Part shown: positions 8,347 to 20,063 of the stretch, piece after piece
Numbering within the stretch: the stretch's first letter is position 1
Layout of the letters: every line of letters begins with the position of its first letter
Assembly: GCA_964658105.1 (NCBI GenBank)
Contig: CAZZXY010000005.1
Span: forward strand, 366 to 64,365
DNA from: Verrucomicrobia bacterium Tous-C9LFEB
GTDB taxonomy: Bacteria; Acidobacteriota; Terriglobia; Terriglobales; Acidobacteriaceae
Length of the DNA stretch: 64,000 nt
Reading direction: 5' to 3'
Notes under the pieces: model-generated
The model's input: the letters and a program-made list of their open reading frames with translations, nothing else
What the model was told of the DNA's origin: nothing
The model's database searches: none
Made by a program: the position numbers and the translations under genes

Positions 8347-10377
8347 ATGGCTTACCAAGTTCTCGCTCGCAAGTACCGTCCCTTACGCTTCCTCGACGTT
8401 GTCGGGCAGGACCACGTTACGCGTACCCTGCTGAATGCGCTGGCGCAGGATCGCATCGCGCACGGCTATATCTTCTCGGGCCACCGCGGGATTGGGAAGA
8501 CGACGATCGCCCGGATTTTGGCTTCGGCGCTGAATTGCCAGAGCACCATTGGATCCGAGGTGCGGCCGACGCCGGAGCCTTGTCTTCAGTGCTCTTCGTG
8601 TCTGGAGATCCGGCAAGGCAACGCTGTGGATGTGCTGGAGATCGACGCGGCGACCAACCGTGGCATTGATGAGATTCGCGAACTGCGGGATGCCGCTCGG
8701 TATCGGCCGGCGCGGGACCGTTTCAAGATCATCATCCTGGACGAGGCGCACCAGATCACCGATGCGGCCTTCAATGCCCTGCTGAAGACGCTGGAGGAGC
8801 CGCCCGAGCACATTGTGTTCATGATGGCGACGACGCAGCCGGAGGACATTCCGCAGACGATCCGGTCGCGGTGCCAGCATTTCAGTTTTCACGCCGTAAA
8901 GCTGGACGACATTGTTGGCCAATTGCGGAAGATCTCTGAGGACGAAGGGATCGGTGTCGAAGATGCCACGCTGGGGCTGCTGGCCGAGGCGGGCGATGGG
9001 TCGATGCGTGATGCGCTGAGCATCATGGACCAGGCAATTGCCTCGGCGCCACAGCTGCCGGACGGCCGGCCACATATTGAGCTGGAAGAGGTGCGCGAGC
9101 TGATGGGCGCGGTCTCAAATGTGGTGTTTGAGGACGTGCTGAGCGCGGTGCATGGCAATGACTCGGCGGCGGTGCTGGCCACCGTGGGGCACCTTTTAGA
9201 TCTTGGCAATGGTCCGCAGCAGATTGCACGCCAGTTCACGCGCTTTCTGCGCAACTGCATTGTGGCCAAAATTACGGCGCTCGATCCGGAGGGCGAGGCC
9301 ACCGGTGTTGCTGCGGAGTTGCTGCAGATTTCCACCGAGGAGCGCCGCCGCGCCGCACGGGCCGCCGGGAACTTCTCCGAGGAGGAGCTGTCCCGCTTTC
9401 TGGCGATCATTCTGCGCACCTTTGACGACCTTGGCTACCGGCAGGAGCAGCGCCTGCACCTGGAACTGGGTCTGCTGAAGCTGGTGCATGTGCAGCGGCT
9501 GGTGCCGGTGGAGGAGATCCTCGCGCAGCTGGGTGTGGCGCCGCCCTCCACGCCCGGGAAGCCTCCGGTTGCGGCCGCATCACGACCTGCCCCGCCGGCT
9601 CCGGCGGCCAGAACGGTGGCTCCAAGAGCGACGGCTCCCCTGACCGCTCCACCGCAGCTCAGGACGGCTGCTCCGGTGCCCATGCCCGCCGTGCCACCGC
9701 CTCTGGCAAAACTGGATCAGAGCGTTCCCCCTGCCAGAAGGGACGTTCCTGCGCCGAAACCGCCCGTCCCGGACGTGACGCCGGCGTCGGCGATTGCCGT
9801 CCCGGAGCCTCGTGGCGAGGTGGCCGCAGCAGCCGTGCTCAGCGATTTGGATCGCGCCCCGGCGCCTTCGACCTTCCCCCCCGCTGCGGCAGCTCCCGCG
9901 CCCTTGGCGTCGCCAGCTGCAAACGTATCCCCTGTCCCTGAAACATCCAGCAAGACAGCGGCAGCGCCGCTCTCCGTCCAGGACGCGGGTGCGCTTCAGA
10001 CGGCGGTTGTGCGGGCGCTTCTGAACACCAAGGGACAGACCTCCGCAGCGGAACAGCTCGAGGATGCGATCTGGACACTGAGCGAAGGCACGCTGCAGAT
10101 CCAGACGACGCTTTCCAAGACGATGCTGCCGGTTCTCCTGAATGTCGAAGCTGACCGCGTGATCAAGGCGACGCTGCGCGAGGTGCACGCCGCCCCGCTC
10201 CAGGTAAAGCTGCTGCCTGGGGCCTCGACGAACGGAAACGGCAAAGCGAGCAAGCCGCGTGTCGCTGCGGCGGGCAGTGCGGCGGAACTGGCCGAAAAGC
10301 ATCCCCTGGTGCAGGAGGCCAAGCGCCTCTTCTCCGCCGAGGTCTCGAACGTTATTGATCTACGCGGGAAGGAGTAG
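8347..10377 (+). CDS. dnaX: DNA polymerase III subunit gamma/tau
   Basis: GHRGIGKTT Walker A, IILDEAHQ Walker B, CLQCSSC zinc module, a long Pro/Ala-rich linker and a C-terminal tau-like domain. Confidence 0.95.
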   Translation: MAYQVLARKYRPLRFLDVVGQDHVTRTLLNALAQDRIAHGYIFSGHRGIGKTTIARILASALNCQSTIGSEVRPTPEPCLQCSSCLEIRQGNAVDVLEIDAATNRGIDEIRELRDAARYRPARDRFKIIILDEAHQITDAAFNALLKTLEEPPEHIVFMMATTQPEDIPQTIRSRCQHFSFHAVKLDDIVGQLRKISEDEGIGVEDATLGLLAEAGDGSMRDALSIMDQAIASAPQLPDGRPHIELEEVRELMGAVSNVVFEDVLSAVHGNDSAAVLATVGHLLDLGNGPQQIARQFTRFLRNCIVAKITALDPEGEATGVAAELLQISTEERRRAARAAGNFSEEELSRFLAIILRTFDDLGYRQEQRLHLELGLLKLVHVQRLVPVEEILAQLGVAPPSTPGKPPVAAASRPAPPAPAARTVAPRATAPLTAPPQLRTAAPVPMPAVPPPLAKLDQSVPPARRDVPAPKPPVPDVTPASAIAVPEPRGEVAAAAVLSDLDRAPAPSTFPPAAAAPAPLASPAANVSPVPETSSKTAAAPLSVQDAGALQTAVVRALLNTKGQTSAAEQLEDAIWTLSEGTLQIQTTLSKTMLPVLLNVEADRVIKATLREVHAAPLQVKLLPGASTNGNGKASKPRVAAAGSAAELAEKHPLVQEAKRLFSAEVSNVIDLRGKE

Positions 10378-10425
10378 CCCACGGCAGACATCACCACCAA
10401 GCGTGTTGCGCTTCGACCGAAGGAG

Positions 10426-10605
10426 ATGCCGTTTGTGTGGTTGCTTTTCTTCGTTGCAACGGCACTGTTGCGGTGGAAGGATTGGGCGCATACGCCGGAG
10501 AAGCTCGTTGACATTGCACTTTTAGCGACGGCGCTGACTGCCGTCAGTCTGCCATTCAACTGGTGGCGCTTGCGGCAGGAACGAAAGCGCCAGACTGCAC
10601 CTTAA
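10426..10605 (+). CDS. possible small two-helix membrane protein (59 aa)
   Basis: ATG 10426 to TAA 10603-10605, just under the ORF-track cutoff. It translates to MPFVWLLFFVATALLRWKDWAHTPEKLVDIALLATALTAVSLPFNWWRLRQERKRQTAP. An AGGAG lies directly upstream, but the spacing is almost zero. Confidence 0.3.
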   Translation: MPFVWLLFFVATALLRWKDWAHTPEKLVDIALLATALTAVSLPFNWWRLRQERKRQTAP

Positions 10606-10638
10606 GCCTAACGACCTGTAACACCGAATGGAGCCGTA

Positions 10639-10950
10639 ATGGATTTCAGCAAGATGAACGAGATGCTCTCCCAGGCCAGCGCCATGCGCGAAAGCATGGA
10701 AGAGAAGCTGGCCCAGACGATCGTTGAGGGCTCGTCCGGAGGGGGAGCCGTGGCGGCACGGATGAACGGCCGCAAGGAGCTGCTGAAGCTCACGATCACG
10801 CCAGCAGCCGCGTCCGCCGCGGCCAGCGACCTCACCATGCTTGAGGATCTGATTGTGGCCGCGGTGAATGAGGCCGGTCGCAAGGCGGATCAGGCTGCGG
10901 AGTCCAATGCCGGGGACATGCTGGGTGGCCTGGGGCTGCCCGGTTTCTAG
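10639..10950 (+). CDS. ybaB: YbaB/EbfC-family nucleoid-associated protein
   Basis: 103 aa with MNEMLSQASAMRESMEEKLAQ...VEGSSGGGAVAARMNGRKELLKLTI. Conserved dnaX-ybaB-recR order. Confidence 0.9.
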   Translation: MDFSKMNEMLSQASAMRESMEEKLAQTIVEGSSGGGAVAARMNGRKELLKLTITPAAASAAASDLTMLEDLIVAAVNEAGRKADQAAESNAGDMLGGLGLPGF

Positions 10951-10956
10951 GGTCGT

Positions 10957-11098
10957 AAGTTGTAGGTTCTAAGTTGTAGGTGGACCTGGTGCCACTACCT
11001 GACCTTCAAAATACCGCCCATCCAGAGTCGCATGTTCAGACTTGCAGCCCTTGTGTCGCCCGACTTCACTAGAACCTAGAACTTACAACCTACAACTC
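10957..11098. repeat. AT-rich 25-nt imperfect inverted repeat pair (22/25 complementary) flanking a 92-nt spacer
   Basis: The left arm 10957-10981 (AAGTTGTAGGTTCTAAGTTGTAGGT) is complementary to the right arm 11074-11098 (ACCTAGAACTTACAACCTACAACTC). Each arm contains a tandem AAGTTGTAGG-like direct repeat. It fills the ybaB-recR spacer. Confidence 0.6.
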
Positions 11099-11100
11099 CT

Positions 11101-11712
11101 ATGTCCACTCGCTTTGCGCCGCCGATGGCGCGTTTGATCGAAGAACTTCGTAAGCTGCCTGGCGTTGGCACGAAGACCGCGCAACGCTTTGCGTTTCATA
11201 TTTTGCGCAGCTCCGACCAGGATGCGGCCGCACTGGCGGGCGCGATTCACGCGCTGAAGCAGGCGCTTCGGCTGTGCTCGATCTGCAACAACGTCACCGA
11301 CGTGGACCCATGCGGGTACTGCACTAGCCCGTCCCGCAATCAGCGGACGATCTGTGTTCTGGAAGAGCCCACCAACATTGCCGCGGTGGAGAAAACGCGC
11401 GCCTGGAACGGCGTCTACCATGTGCTGCATGGCACGCTGTCCCCGGTGAACGGGGTCGGCCCCGACCAGCTGCGCCTTGCAAACCTGTGGCCGCGCCTTA
11501 CGCAGGCTGAGGATGGTGGTGAGCTGATTCTCGCTACCAGTCCCACCGTGGAAGGCGAAGCTACCGCGAGGTATGTCGCCGATGAGGCGCACGCGAAACA
11601 TCCGACACTCTCCATCACGCGCATTGCTACGGGTGTCCCTGCGGGTTCGGATATTGAGTATGCCGATGAGATCACCATGACGCGCGCATTGGAGAACCGG
11701 CGATCGCTGTAG
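11101..11712 (+). CDS. recR: recombination protein RecR
   Basis: N-terminal HhH, CSICNNVTDVDPCGYC zinc finger and a Toprim domain. Confidence 0.95.
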   Translation: MSTRFAPPMARLIEELRKLPGVGTKTAQRFAFHILRSSDQDAAALAGAIHALKQALRLCSICNNVTDVDPCGYCTSPSRNQRTICVLEEPTNIAAVEKTRAWNGVYHVLHGTLSPVNGVGPDQLRLANLWPRLTQAEDGGELILATSPTVEGEATARYVADEAHAKHPTLSITRIATGVPAGSDIEYADEITMTRALENRRSL

Positions 11713-11731
11713 CGATCGATGAAGCGTTCCC

Positions 11732-13414
11732 ATGAGAAGACGCATACTCGCAGTCATTGTCCTGTTCAAGATCAATCTGGAAGACTCGGTCAGCTACCAG
11801 AGCCTGATGCGGGCGGCATCGGGGATCGCTCCGGAGGCGCTGGACCTGCATGTGGTGTTGCAGGACAACAGTCCTGACTCTGTGGCGCCAGCAATTCTTT
11901 CCCCGCAGGTTCGATGCTTTGCCGATCGCGGCAACAGTGGTCTTGCGACGGCTTATAACCGCGCGCTACAGATCGCTCACGACGAGCATTACGACTGGCT
12001 GTTGACGCTGGATCAGGATACCCAGCTGCCGCCCGATACATTCGCGCACTTGCTTGAAGCCATCGACGTCGCCGAGGAACAGCCGGAGATCGGCGCGATC
12101 GTTCCCCGGATTCGTGCGGATGGCCGCGTTGTTTCTCCCCACTACTTCGCAGGCAATGCTTGGCCGCGCTTTTTCTCTTCGGGGTTCACCGGGGTTCCGT
12201 CGGAGACAGTGTTCGCCTTCAACTCCGGATCGCTTCTGAGGGTCGCGGCACTACGCCAGATCGACGGCTATGATCCGGAGTTCTGGCTGGATGCAAGCGA
12301 TCTGTCGTTGTATCGCCGGCTGGGCTGGTACGGGAAGCGCGTGTACATCGCAGGCTCCCTGGAGCTTCAGCACAACTTCTCCATGTTGCAGATGCGGGAG
12401 CGCGTTTCACCTGGGCGCTACCGTGCCCTGCTGCTTGCGGAGTCGGCGTTCTGGGACCTGTACATGAGTCTTTGGGCGGGGCTGGAGCGAACTTTTCGCT
12501 TGCTGGTGCGGCTTGGCAAACACCTGGTTCGCCGCGATCCTGCCGAGCTTCGCGAGCTTACGGTGCAGCAGCTTGGGAGACGTGTGTTTCGCTCGCGACG
12601 GTATCGCCTTGCGCTTTGGAGGAGAGAGACGGCGGATCGATTGGGAGTGACACCACAGCGTGACCCGGTTGCGGGCCGCCCCAAGGTTTCCGTGTGCATG
12701 GCCGCGTATAACGGCGAACGTCATATCGAGGCGCAGCTTCGCACCATTCTGCCCCAGCTCGGTCCCGGTGATGAGGTGGTAATCGTGGAGGATGTCTCGC
12801 GGGATAAGACTTTTGAGATCCTGCGCGAGGTACAGGAGCAGGCCGCGAGCGACCCTGCATCGCCGCGGGTTCAGCTAGTTCAGCACAGAGAGAACCGTGG
12901 TGTGATCCGGACTTTTGAGGAGGCCGTACGCAGCGCGACGGGCGACATCCTGTTTCTTGCAGATGACGATGATCTTTGGGCGCCTGACAAGGTGCGGAAG
13001 GTGCTCGAAATCTTCGCCGAGCAACCAGGGACGCGTGTTGTGTGCACAGGACTCGCGATGATCGATGAGGCGGGAGAGCCGTTGCAAGACCAGCAGTACC
13101 TGCGGCATCGACGCTTCACGACAGGCCTGCTACGGAACTTCCTGCACAACCAGTACCAGGGATCGACGATGGCGTTCCGGTCCTCATTGCTGCGCTGCAT
13201 CCTGCCGTTTCCGACAGACCGGCTGTTTCTTCATGATGCCTGGATTGGCGCGCGCAACACGCTCACCGGAGGGGGTACGGCTTACCTCGATGAGCCGCTG
13301 CTGCTCTATCGACGTCACACCGGGAACTACAGCAGGCGCTTCGGTCGGTGGAAGCAGCTGATGCTTCGACTGCAATTTGCCAGTGCACTTCTGCGACGCG
13401 CCTTGTTCAGCTAA
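11732..13414 (+). CDS. two-module family 2 glycosyltransferase
   Basis: The N-terminal GT-A module has LLTLDQDT. The second module begins [19 protein letters not shown] and has LADDDDLW (DxD). Confidence 0.8.
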   Translation: MRRRILAVIVLFKINLEDSVSYQSLMRAASGIAPEALDLHVVLQDNSPDSVAPAILSPQVRCFADRGNSGLATAYNRALQIAHDEHYDWLLTLDQDTQLPPDTFAHLLEAIDVAEEQPEIGAIVPRIRADGRVVSPHYFAGNAWPRFFSSGFTGVPSETVFAFNSGSLLRVAALRQIDGYDPEFWLDASDLSLYRRLGWYGKRVYIAGSLELQHNFSMLQMRERVSPGRYRALLLAESAFWDLYMSLWAGLERTFRLLVRLGKHLVRRDPAELRELTVQQLGRRVFRSRRYRLALWRRETADRLGVTPQRDPVAGRPKVSVCMAAYNGERHIEAQLRTILPQLGPGDEVVIVEDVSRDKTFEILREVQEQAASDPASPRVQLVQHRENRGVIRTFEEAVRSATGDILFLADDDDLWAPDKVRKVLEIFAEQPGTRVVCTGLAMIDEAGEPLQDQQYLRHRRFTTGLLRNFLHNQYQGSTMAFRSSLLRCILPFPTDRLFLHDAWIGARNTLTGGGTAYLDEPLLLYRRHTGNYSRRFGRWKQLMLRLQFASALLRRALFS

Positions 13415-15036
13415 GCGGGCAGCTCAGGTGAAAGGATGCGGAGATCACCACCGGTCATCTCCGCCGGGAGCTCCAGGCCCAGCAGGCCGAGGATGGTTGG
13501 GGAGATGTCGCGCAGGCTTCCGCCTTCGCGCACGCCGAGCTTTCTTCCCTGCTCTGTCACCAGAATGAAGGGGACCGGGTTGGTCGTGTGCGCTGTGTGC
13601 GGTCCGCCTGAGACCGGGTCGATCAGGAGCTCCGCGTTGCCATGATCGGCCGTGATGATCCAACTGGCGCCTGCGGCGCGCACGGCGTTGTAGACGCGTT
13701 CCAGCTGTGCATCGACGGCCTCCACTGCTTTGACCGTGGGCTCGATCTTGCCGGAGTGGCCGACCATGTCGGCATTGGCGAAGTTCACGATGACGACGTC
13801 GAAGGCGCGGTCCCCAAGCGAACGCTCGACGATATCGCCGATGCCCTCTGCCGACATCTCTGGAGCCAGATCATAGGTGGCCACTTTTTTCGACTGGACC
13901 AGCTCACGGTCCTCTCCGGAGAACGGCGTTTCGATGCCGCCATTGAAGAAGTAGGTGACATGTGCGTACTTCTCGGTCTCTGCGATGCGGAGGTTGCGCA
14001 GTTCGTGCCGGGACATCACGTTGGCGAGCAGGTTGTCCATGCTCTCCGGGGGGATGATCACGGGTAGTTTGAACTGCTTGTCGTACTGCGTCATGGTGAC
14101 GTAATGCAGATCCGCGGGGACATCCTCGCGCGGAATCTCCAGCTCGAGTTCGGCGGCCTTGGGGAGGTCGATGCCGGCGTTTTTCGTGAGGCCGCTGCGA
14201 CGCGCGAGAACGCGGGTGATCTGACGCACGCGATCGGCGCGGTAGTTGAAGCAGATGACGGCGTCGCGGTCAGAGATGCGCGCGACCGGCTCGCCCTGCG
14301 CATCGACGCAGACAAAGGGCTCGATGAATTCGTCGGTAATGCCGTTGTTGTAGCTTTCTTTGACGCGGGCTACCGGATCGGCGTAGCTGCCACCTTCGGC
14401 ATGGCCTTTGACCATGGCGTTGAAAGCTTTGCGCTCCCGCTCCCAGCGCATGTCGCGGTCCATGGCGAAGTAGCGGCCGCTGATGCTGGCGAGTTTGCCG
14501 ACACCGTACTCTGCGAATCTTGCCTCGAGCTCTTCGAGGTAGCGCGCACCGGAGGTGGGCAGGGTGTCGCGCCCGTCCATGAAGGCGTGCACGTAAACGC
14601 GGGTGAGACCGCGCATCGAGGCCATCCGCAACAGCGCATGCAGATGGCGTTGATGGGAGTGGACGCCGCCCTCAGACAGCAGTCCGACGAGGTGGAGAGC
14701 ACGGTCGTCGGCCGCGGCATGCTCCATGGCCGCGACGATTGTGGGATCGCCGAAGAACTCGCCCGTGGCAACGGCCGCGTCGATGCGCGTGATGTCCATG
14801 CGCACAATCCGGCCGGCCCCGAGGTTGAGATGACCTACCTCGGAGTTGCCCATTTGCCCATCGGGCAGGCCGACAAAGTGCTCGCTGGCGCGGATGAGCG
14901 TGCTGGGGTACTCGCGAAGGAGTTTGTCATAGGTTGGCTTCCGCGCGAGCGCGATGGCATTGCCATGCGTCTCCGCGCGGAAACCCCAACCGTCCAGAAT
15001 GGTGAGCAGAACCGGGCCGTTCGTCCGCTGCGACAT
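13411..15036 (-). CDS. gpmI: 2,3-bisphosphoglycerate-independent phosphoglycerate mutase
   Basis: [21 protein letters not shown] and TADHGNAE. Convergent 4-nt overlap with the GT2 gene. Confidence 0.95.
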   Translation of the reverse strand: MSQRTNGPVLLTILDGWGFRAETHGNAIALARKPTYDKLLREYPSTLIRASEHFVGLPDGQMGNSEVGHLNLGAGRIVRMDITRIDAAVATGEFFGDPTIVAAMEHAAADDRALHLVGLLSEGGVHSHQRHLHALLRMASMRGLTRVYVHAFMDGRDTLPTSGARYLEELEARFAEYGVGKLASISGRYFAMDRDMRWERERKAFNAMVKGHAEGGSYADPVARVKESYNNGITDEFIEPFVCVDAQGEPVARISDRDAVICFNYRADRVRQITRVLARRSGLTKNAGIDLPKAAELELEIPREDVPADLHYVTMTQYDKQFKLPVIIPPESMDNLLANVMSRHELRNLRIAETEKYAHVTYFFNGGIETPFSGEDRELVQSKKVATYDLAPEMSAEGIGDIVERSLGDRAFDVVIVNFANADMVGHSGKIEPTVKAVEAVDAQLERVYNAVRAAGASWIITADHGNAELLIDPVSGGPHTAHTTNPVPFILVTEQGRKLGVREGGSLRDISPTILGLLGLELPAEMTGGDLRILSPELPA

Positions 15037-15039
15037 CGC

Positions 15040-16491
<1,452 letters not shown>

Positions 16492-16493
16492 TC

Positions 16494-16503
16494 ATTCTAA
16501 CAA
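16494..16503 (-). promoter_or_regulatory. candidate extended -10 promoter element (TGTTAGAAT) upstream of eno
   Basis: The minus strand reads ...CTTTGTTAGAATGAG... about 160 nt upstream of the eno ATG and just after the kinase stop. I found no convincing -35 element. Confidence 0.25.
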
Positions 16504-16510
16504 AGCGGGA

Positions 16511-17980
16511 TCAAGTTCCCGCCGCATGCGCGACAGTTCCGTTCGGCGGTGGCGCCAGCACACCGACGCCGCGCAGCTCGATGTCCTGCCGTGTCAATAC
16601 GGGCAGGAGCAATCGTATGCGTGTTCCCCGTCCCGGTCTGCTGATTACCTCGACCTCGCCGCGGCCGCCGTACAAAACCTGGATGCGCTCGCGCACGTTG
16701 CGCATGCCGATACCGGTGCCGTCGCTGGCCAAGGCGCCCGGTTCCACGGCGCGATCCGGGGCGATGCCAATCCCATCGTCTTCGACCTCGAGCAGGAGCT
16801 GCCCTTCGGAAACCCTGCCGCGCAGGGTCACTGTGCCGCCGTTCAGTCGTGGCTCGAGGCCATGCTTGATGCTGTTTTCTATGAGCGGCTGCAGGAGCAT
16901 GCTGGGGACCTCGAGGTGCAGCGCCTCTTCTGTTATCTCCTTGGCGACCTGCAGCTTTTCCCCAAAACGGATGACCTCGATGTCGAGGTAGTCGTCGGTG
17001 AAGGCGAGCTCTTCCTCGAGCGGAACAAAGGCGTCGCGTTCACGGAGGAGGGTCCGCAGGATGCGACTGAGCTTGACGATCATCTCCCGTGCCAGCTCGG
17101 GTTCAGATCGGATTAGGGAGGTGATCGAGTTCAGTGTGTTGAACAGGAAGTGGGGATTGATCTGGCGCTGCAGCGCATCCAGGCGCGCCTCCAGCAGCAG
17201 CCGGCTCTGCTCTTCCAGCTTGCGCTCAATCCGGATGGCATTCCAGATCTTCAAGGGAATGCCCACCAGCACCGGCGTGCAGGCGCACACGAGGGCCTGC
17301 AACAGCCAGTTGGAAGAACTCAACTCAAAGTAGCGGTGTGGATCGATCTCCGCGAGGAAGCTAGCGATAAGTTGCGTGGCGGTGAGCAAAACCAGCAGGG
17401 AGATCTGACGGTCCAGGTTGGGTCGCCGCAGGGTGCGACGGACCCACCGGTAGACGCTGAGATCGATCAGGGGCGAAAAGGACCAGATGGCCTCCAGGTC
17501 CACAAAGCCACGGAAGGAGCCGAAGAGCAGACCGATGCCGATATTGACCGGAAGTGCGAGCCACTCGTGGTGTCCCAAGGCGGGCAGCGCAAGCACGGCC
17601 CCTCCGAACGCAGCCGGTTGTGGTCCCAGCAGGAGACCCAGCAACGCTGTTGCCTGGAGGGAAAGATCGGCGGCCAGGAAGTTGGGGACGCGCACCCGGA
17701 TCCACACACCGAGAGCGAGTGGAACGCAGATCCAGGCCAGCAGTTGCACCATCTCGGCCCGGCTGCGCCCTTCCATGAGGAGCAGCCTTTTGAAGCGCAC
17801 CGAACGCGCCAGGGAGCTGGCCACGGCCGCCGCCACGCCCAGCTTGACGAGCAGCGAGATCAGCAGCAGCTTGTTGTTTATGCCGTGCACGCCTTTACTG
17901 TACGCGTCCGGGGAAATGCGCTGGATCCCGAATACGAATCCATGGGGTGCGTCCGGGAATCTAAACTGTTGCCATGCCAC
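16511..17980 (-). CDS. LytS/YehU-type sensor histidine kinase
   Basis: N-terminal multi-TM region, QINPHFLFNTLNSITSLI (His_kinase domain) and GIGMRNVRERI...GRGTRI (HATPase_c). GTG start at 17980. Confidence 0.8.
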   Translation of the reverse strand: MAWQQFRFPDAPHGFVFGIQRISPDAYSKGVHGINNKLLLISLLVKLGVAAAVASSLARSVRFKRLLLMEGRSRAEMVQLLAWICVPLALGVWIRVRVPNFLAADLSLQATALLGLLLGPQPAAFGGAVLALPALGHHEWLALPVNIGIGLLFGSFRGFVDLEAIWSFSPLIDLSVYRWVRRTLRRPNLDRQISLLVLLTATQLIASFLAEIDPHRYFELSSSNWLLQALVCACTPVLVGIPLKIWNAIRIERKLEEQSRLLLEARLDALQRQINPHFLFNTLNSITSLIRSEPELAREMIVKLSRILRTLLRERDAFVPLEEELAFTDDYLDIEVIRFGEKLQVAKEITEEALHLEVPSMLLQPLIENSIKHGLEPRLNGGTVTLRGRVSEGQLLLEVEDDGIGIAPDRAVEPGALASDGTGIGMRNVRERIQVLYGGRGEVEVISRPGRGTRIRLLLPVLTRQDIELRGVGVLAPPPNGTVAHAAGT

Positions 17981-18591
17981 TGTTAAGCCTGACCAAGGTC
18001 GCGGATGCCAACTTCCCCACCCGCTGGGGGCAGTTCCGCATTCTTGGCTTCGAAGGAATCCCGCAACCCGGCGACCCTACGCGGAAAGCAGTTGAAGCCG
18101 CGGTTGCCCTGGTGATGGGTGACATCCAGAGCGCGCCGCCCATCGTGCGCATCCATTCGCAGTGCCTGACCGGCGATGTTTTCCACTCGCTGCGTTGCGA
18201 CTGCCACGATCAATTGCATCTTGCCCTGAAGCGCATTGCGGAAGAGGGCGCCGGCATCCTGATCTATGAGCAGCAGGAGGGCCGCGGCATCGGCCTAATG
18301 GCGAAACTGCGCGCGTATGAACTACAGGACCAGGGCCTGGATACGATCGAGGCCAATCATCAATTGGGTTTTCCAACGGACCTGCGCGCCTTTGAACTGC
18401 CCGCCGAGATTTTGAAACAGCTTGGTGTCTCCGCGGTCCGGCTGATTACGAATAATCCGGAAAAGGTCTCGGTGCTGGAGGCAGCGGGGATCCGGGTCGC
18501 TGAACGGGTCGATGCGACGATCCCGTCAGAGCCGACGTTTGAGCGCTACCTGGAGACAAAGCGCGAGAAGCTGGGTCACCTGGTCGGCTGA
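17974..18591 (+). CDS. ribA: GTP cyclohydrolase II
   Basis: RIHSQCLTGDVFHSLRCDCHDQL zinc site and EGRGIGL. Monofunctional length with no RibB domain. Confidence 0.9.
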   Translation: MPLLSLTKVADANFPTRWGQFRILGFEGIPQPGDPTRKAVEAAVALVMGDIQSAPPIVRIHSQCLTGDVFHSLRCDCHDQLHLALKRIAEEGAGILIYEQQEGRGIGLMAKLRAYELQDQGLDTIEANHQLGFPTDLRAFELPAEILKQLGVSAVRLITNNPEKVSVLEAAGIRVAERVDATIPSEPTFERYLETKREKLGHLVG

Positions 18592-18602
18592 GGGGCCTGG
18601 GG

Positions 18603-19121
18603 CTAGATTTTTGCCAGTGCACGCACGATTTTTGCCGTGGTGACTGCCTGTCCCGCATGACGCTGGGTGTGCTCGGCACAGTGCACCAGCAGACCGCCCA
18701 CGGTCGTGGGAAGCTGCTTTCGACCTATTCCCCTCGTCTCCTCGTAGGTGTCGGGACCAAAGCGAGATATACGCGTGATCGCCTGCCTGGTTCCACTGCG
18801 GAATTCGAGCAAGACCTCGGCTGCTGATCCGGAAGTTCGCTCCGTTCCAAGAGCAGCCAACTGGCTTTCGTCCAGCATCCGGCCTTCGGCGTAGGTCAGC
18901 AGGCGGTCCAGCGATCGGGCGATGTGCCGCAGGTGAAAGGCGACTGGCGGCAGCTCACAGGGAGTGGCGAAGATCTCTCCGTCGTTCAAGTCCGCAATCT
19001 TGCGATCCACGTCTTCCAGGGTGAGTTCCAGGGCATGGATGACGGCGCGCCCGAGCGCATCCTTCTCCCGATGCGTTCCACGCATCCACGGTTCGAGATA
19101 TGGATCGGGTACGGCGCTCAT
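18603..19121 (-). CDS. DinB-family protein
   Basis: Four-helix-bundle His triad pattern (HALELTLEDV, HLRHIARSLDRLL, HCAEHTQRHAGQ). The ATG at 19121 (MSAVPDPY) is preferred over the longer listed ORF. Confidence 0.7.
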   Translation of the reverse strand: MSAVPDPYLEPWMRGTHREKDALGRAVIHALELTLEDVDRKIADLNDGEIFATPCELPPVAFHLRHIARSLDRLLTYAEGRMLDESQLAALGTERTSGSAAEVLLEFRSGTRQAITRISRFGPDTYEETRGIGRKQLPTTVGGLLVHCAEHTQRHAGQAVTTAKIVRALAKI

Positions 19122-19137
19122 GCGGTTCTCCCCCAGC

Positions 19138-20049
19138 TTAGAGTGCTTTGCGCGCGCGGAAGGCCCGCACGACTTCGGCGGGATCCTGGTGCGCCCCGTC
19201 GACAAGCAGGTTCATGGCCCGCATCTCGTCCTCGCTGACCTTCCCTGCCAGCCGTTGGGCGGCCCGGCCGATTGCCGGCCAGCGTGCCAGGGCATCTTCG
19301 CGCACCAGCGGCACGGCCTCATACGGTGGAAAGTAGTGCCGGTCGTCCTCAAGCGCGACGAAACCGAGAGCCTGAATGGCTCCATCGGTAGAGTTGCCGG
19401 CGACGATATCCACCTGGCGCGCGCCCAGGGCCCGATAGAGCAGGCCGAGTTCCATGGTGCGTGGCGTACCGGCAAAATGCAGGCTGTAGGTGGAGGCCAA
19501 ACCGGGCAGACCATCGGGGCGTTCGGCGAACTCATAGCCCACACCCAAACGCCATTGCGGAGGCGCTTTGCTAGCCACATCCGAGATCGTCCGCAGGCCC
19601 AGGCGCTGCGCATCGTCGCGGCGCACCACCATGGCAAAGGTGTCCTGGAAGCCGAGTCCCGGCCCTACGCGGACGTGGAAGCGCTCGGCGTAAAGCCTCC
19701 CCAGCGTTGCGTCCACCGCCGCCGGGCTGCGCTGACCGACCGGCGGCAGTGGCTGCTTGAGGATGGCTGTGAGCGCGGTGCCGGTGTACTCGACATAAGC
19801 GTCAATGCGCCCTGAGATCAACGCCTGCTGGCACAGGTAGCTGCCCGCGAGCCAGAAGCGCCGTTCGACCGGGCCGCCGCCCTCGGCTTCGATTTGCTGT
19901 GCCAGCAGCTCGCCGAGGACGACCTGTTCGGTAAAGTTCTTTGCGCCGATGACGACGTGGGAGGATCGGGGCGGCGCACAGGCTGTTGCCATCAGGAGCA
20001 CCATCCCGAGAAGGAGCGCACCGACCCTGTGAGCGCTGAGGGCTATCAA
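19138..20049 (-). CDS. ABC transporter substrate-binding protein, OpuAC/glycine-betaine-binding family (probable lipoprotein)
   Basis: VVIGAKNFTEQVVLGELLAQQIE and the remainder resemble osmoprotectant-binding proteins. A TTG 20049 start gives the signal MIALSAHRVGALLLGMVLLMATAC; ATG 20004 is the alternative. The upstream part of the listed 498-aa ORF overlaps the permease gene and is rejected. Confidence 0.8.
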   Translation of the reverse strand: MIALSAHRVGALLLGMVLLMATACAPPRSSHVVIGAKNFTEQVVLGELLAQQIEAEGGGPVERRFWLAGSYLCQQALISGRIDAYVEYTGTALTAILKQPLPPVGQRSPAAVDATLGRLYAERFHVRVGPGLGFQDTFAMVVRRDDAQRLGLRTISDVASKAPPQWRLGVGYEFAERPDGLPGLASTYSLHFAGTPRTMELGLLYRALGARQVDIVAGNSTDGAIQALGFVALEDDRHYFPPYEAVPLVREDALARWPAIGRAAQRLAGKVSEDEMRAMNLLVDGAHQDPAEVVRAFRARKAL

Positions 20050-20063
20050 GGGGACTCTGCGCC

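Noticed and set aside
8347-10377. A programmed frameshift or slippery site producing a short gamma form of DnaX.
   Set aside because: I saw no A-AAA-AAG-type heptamer or long A-run in the gene.
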